Shown here one piece after another: positions 63,242-64,000 of a DNA stretch of 64,000 nt. This stretch comes from Cyanophora paradoxa CCMP329 (Eukaryota > Plantae > Glaucophyta): contig QPMI01000289.1 of NCBI GenBank assembly GCA_004431415.1, positions 1 through 64,000 on the forward strand. Direction: 5' to 3'. The notes under the pieces are model-generated. The model did not search any database. It saw nothing but the letters and a program-made list of their open reading frames with translations, and was not told where the DNA came from. Position numbers and translations under genes: made by a program. Position 1 is the first letter of the stretch. Each line of letters opens with the position of its first letter.

Positions 63242-64000
63242 TTATGGGGTGGGGTCATCGATTATATCTGGTTCCGAATAAAATCCTGTTGTGAATATAT
63301 CAGCAACATTTACACCACGAAGTGCTGATACAGCTGCTATATCTGTTCTCAGTCCCATAATCATAGTATTGTATACTCCCACCTCAGTGACAAACAGATC
63401 ATAGGTAAATGTCAAATTGTTATAAACACAATATCCTCTGCCAAAATGGTTCGAAGCTTGAACAAAGAATAAGTAGTTGTGACCTGGTTGATTATTATTG
63501 GCTCTACACATGGAAAGCATTGAAGTGGGAAGAGGAATATTTCTTCTTACTCGATCAGTTCCTGTAATGGAAACTAATTCCGAATTCTCAAGAGTTACAG
63601 AGGATGCAACATAGAAATGCAAAAAAGGTTGCTGTGCAACAGGTGTGTAGAAACGAATTCGTTGTGGGTTCTCAGCATTTTGCTCTAGAGTATCTGGGAC
63701 ATCATTATACGAAATTGAGGATGAAAGTTGACCTGAAACTCTGCAGCCACCACCAATAAAAGCTCCTCCTGATCTCACAGTTACAGCAGCAGTGTTTTTA
63801 TCATAATCAAGGGCTTTCAGATCAACACTGTAAGCATCTGGACCCCCATTAGTAGGTTGGAAGAAATTAGCATTAGTTACAAGGAGTCGAGTTGTTTTCA
63901 CCACACCAGAATTCTTATCAGCTCTCAGCTCTTTAACTCGAATAATCGAATTTTTGTCAAATGAGTTACCATTGGAATTGGGTCTCTCTGTGGATTCTAA
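63242..64000 (-). CDS. Paralogous putative fibre/spike-like protein, 5' end outside the window
   Basis: The frame stays open to 64000 (LESTERPNS...RVKELRADKNSGVVKTTRLLVTNANF) and aligns with the neighbour's LQSTE...RLQELRCDKNNGIVKTTKLLVTNANF; shared SGGA(F/Y)IG and (L/E)RTD. Confidence 0.6.
   Translation of the reverse strand, partial: LESTERPNSNGNSFDKNSIIRVKELRADKNSGVVKTTRLLVTNANFFQPTNGGPDAYSVDLKALDYDKNTAAVTVRSGGAFIGGGCRVSGQLSSSISYNDVPDTLEQNAENPQRIRFYTPVAQQPFLHFYVASSVTLENSELVSITGTDRVRRNIPLPTSMLSMCRANNNQPGHNYLFFVQASNHFGRGYCVYNNLTFTYDLFVTEVGVYNTMIMGLRTDIAAVSALRGVNVADIFTTGFYSEPDIIDDPTP

Larger units (their letters stand above)
60408..64000. mobile_element. Left end of an AT-rich endogenous dsDNA virus-like element (Polinton-like virus, virophage or NCLDV-derived); continues beyond the window
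   Basis: Single-base switch from very GC-rich to AT-rich DNA; about 1.25-kb non-coding, repeat-rich terminus; tightly packed, intronless, co-oriented ORFs with 22-29 nt spacers; prokaryote/virus-type genes. Confidence 0.8.

Overview
GC-rich, intron-dense eukaryotic (protist or algal) genomic DNA. Introns are short and G/C-run rich with frequent GC donors, and non-coding DNA is full of palindromic words; the style is consistent with a glaucophyte such as Cyanophora (inference only). From left to right: (1) two small TIR elements (MITEs) with target-site duplications; (2) a minus-strand gene that appears to join TM segments, a PAS domain, a class III adenylate cyclase and a class I cyclic-nucleotide phosphodiesterase; (3) cysteine synthase; (4) a tail-to-tail inverted pair of predicted acylated NACHT-pentapeptide-14xWD40 (NLR-like) genes showing mosaic gene conversion and WD40 blade overwriting; (5) an uncharacterised gene; (6) a head-to-tail array of three elements with asymmetric inverted repeats, the first interrupted by a young 12.2-kb LTR element with no recognisable pol and the third carrying different cargo; (7) a host gene cut off at about 60408 by an abrupt switch to AT-rich, intronless, virus-like DNA. 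This last region has a 29-bp inverted repeat, two identical 91-bp palindromic units, an AdoMet decarboxylase, a zinc-ribbon protein and two paralogous fibre-like proteins, and it runs off the window. Spliced gene models were assembled by eye, so exon boundaries and some gene ends are approximate.
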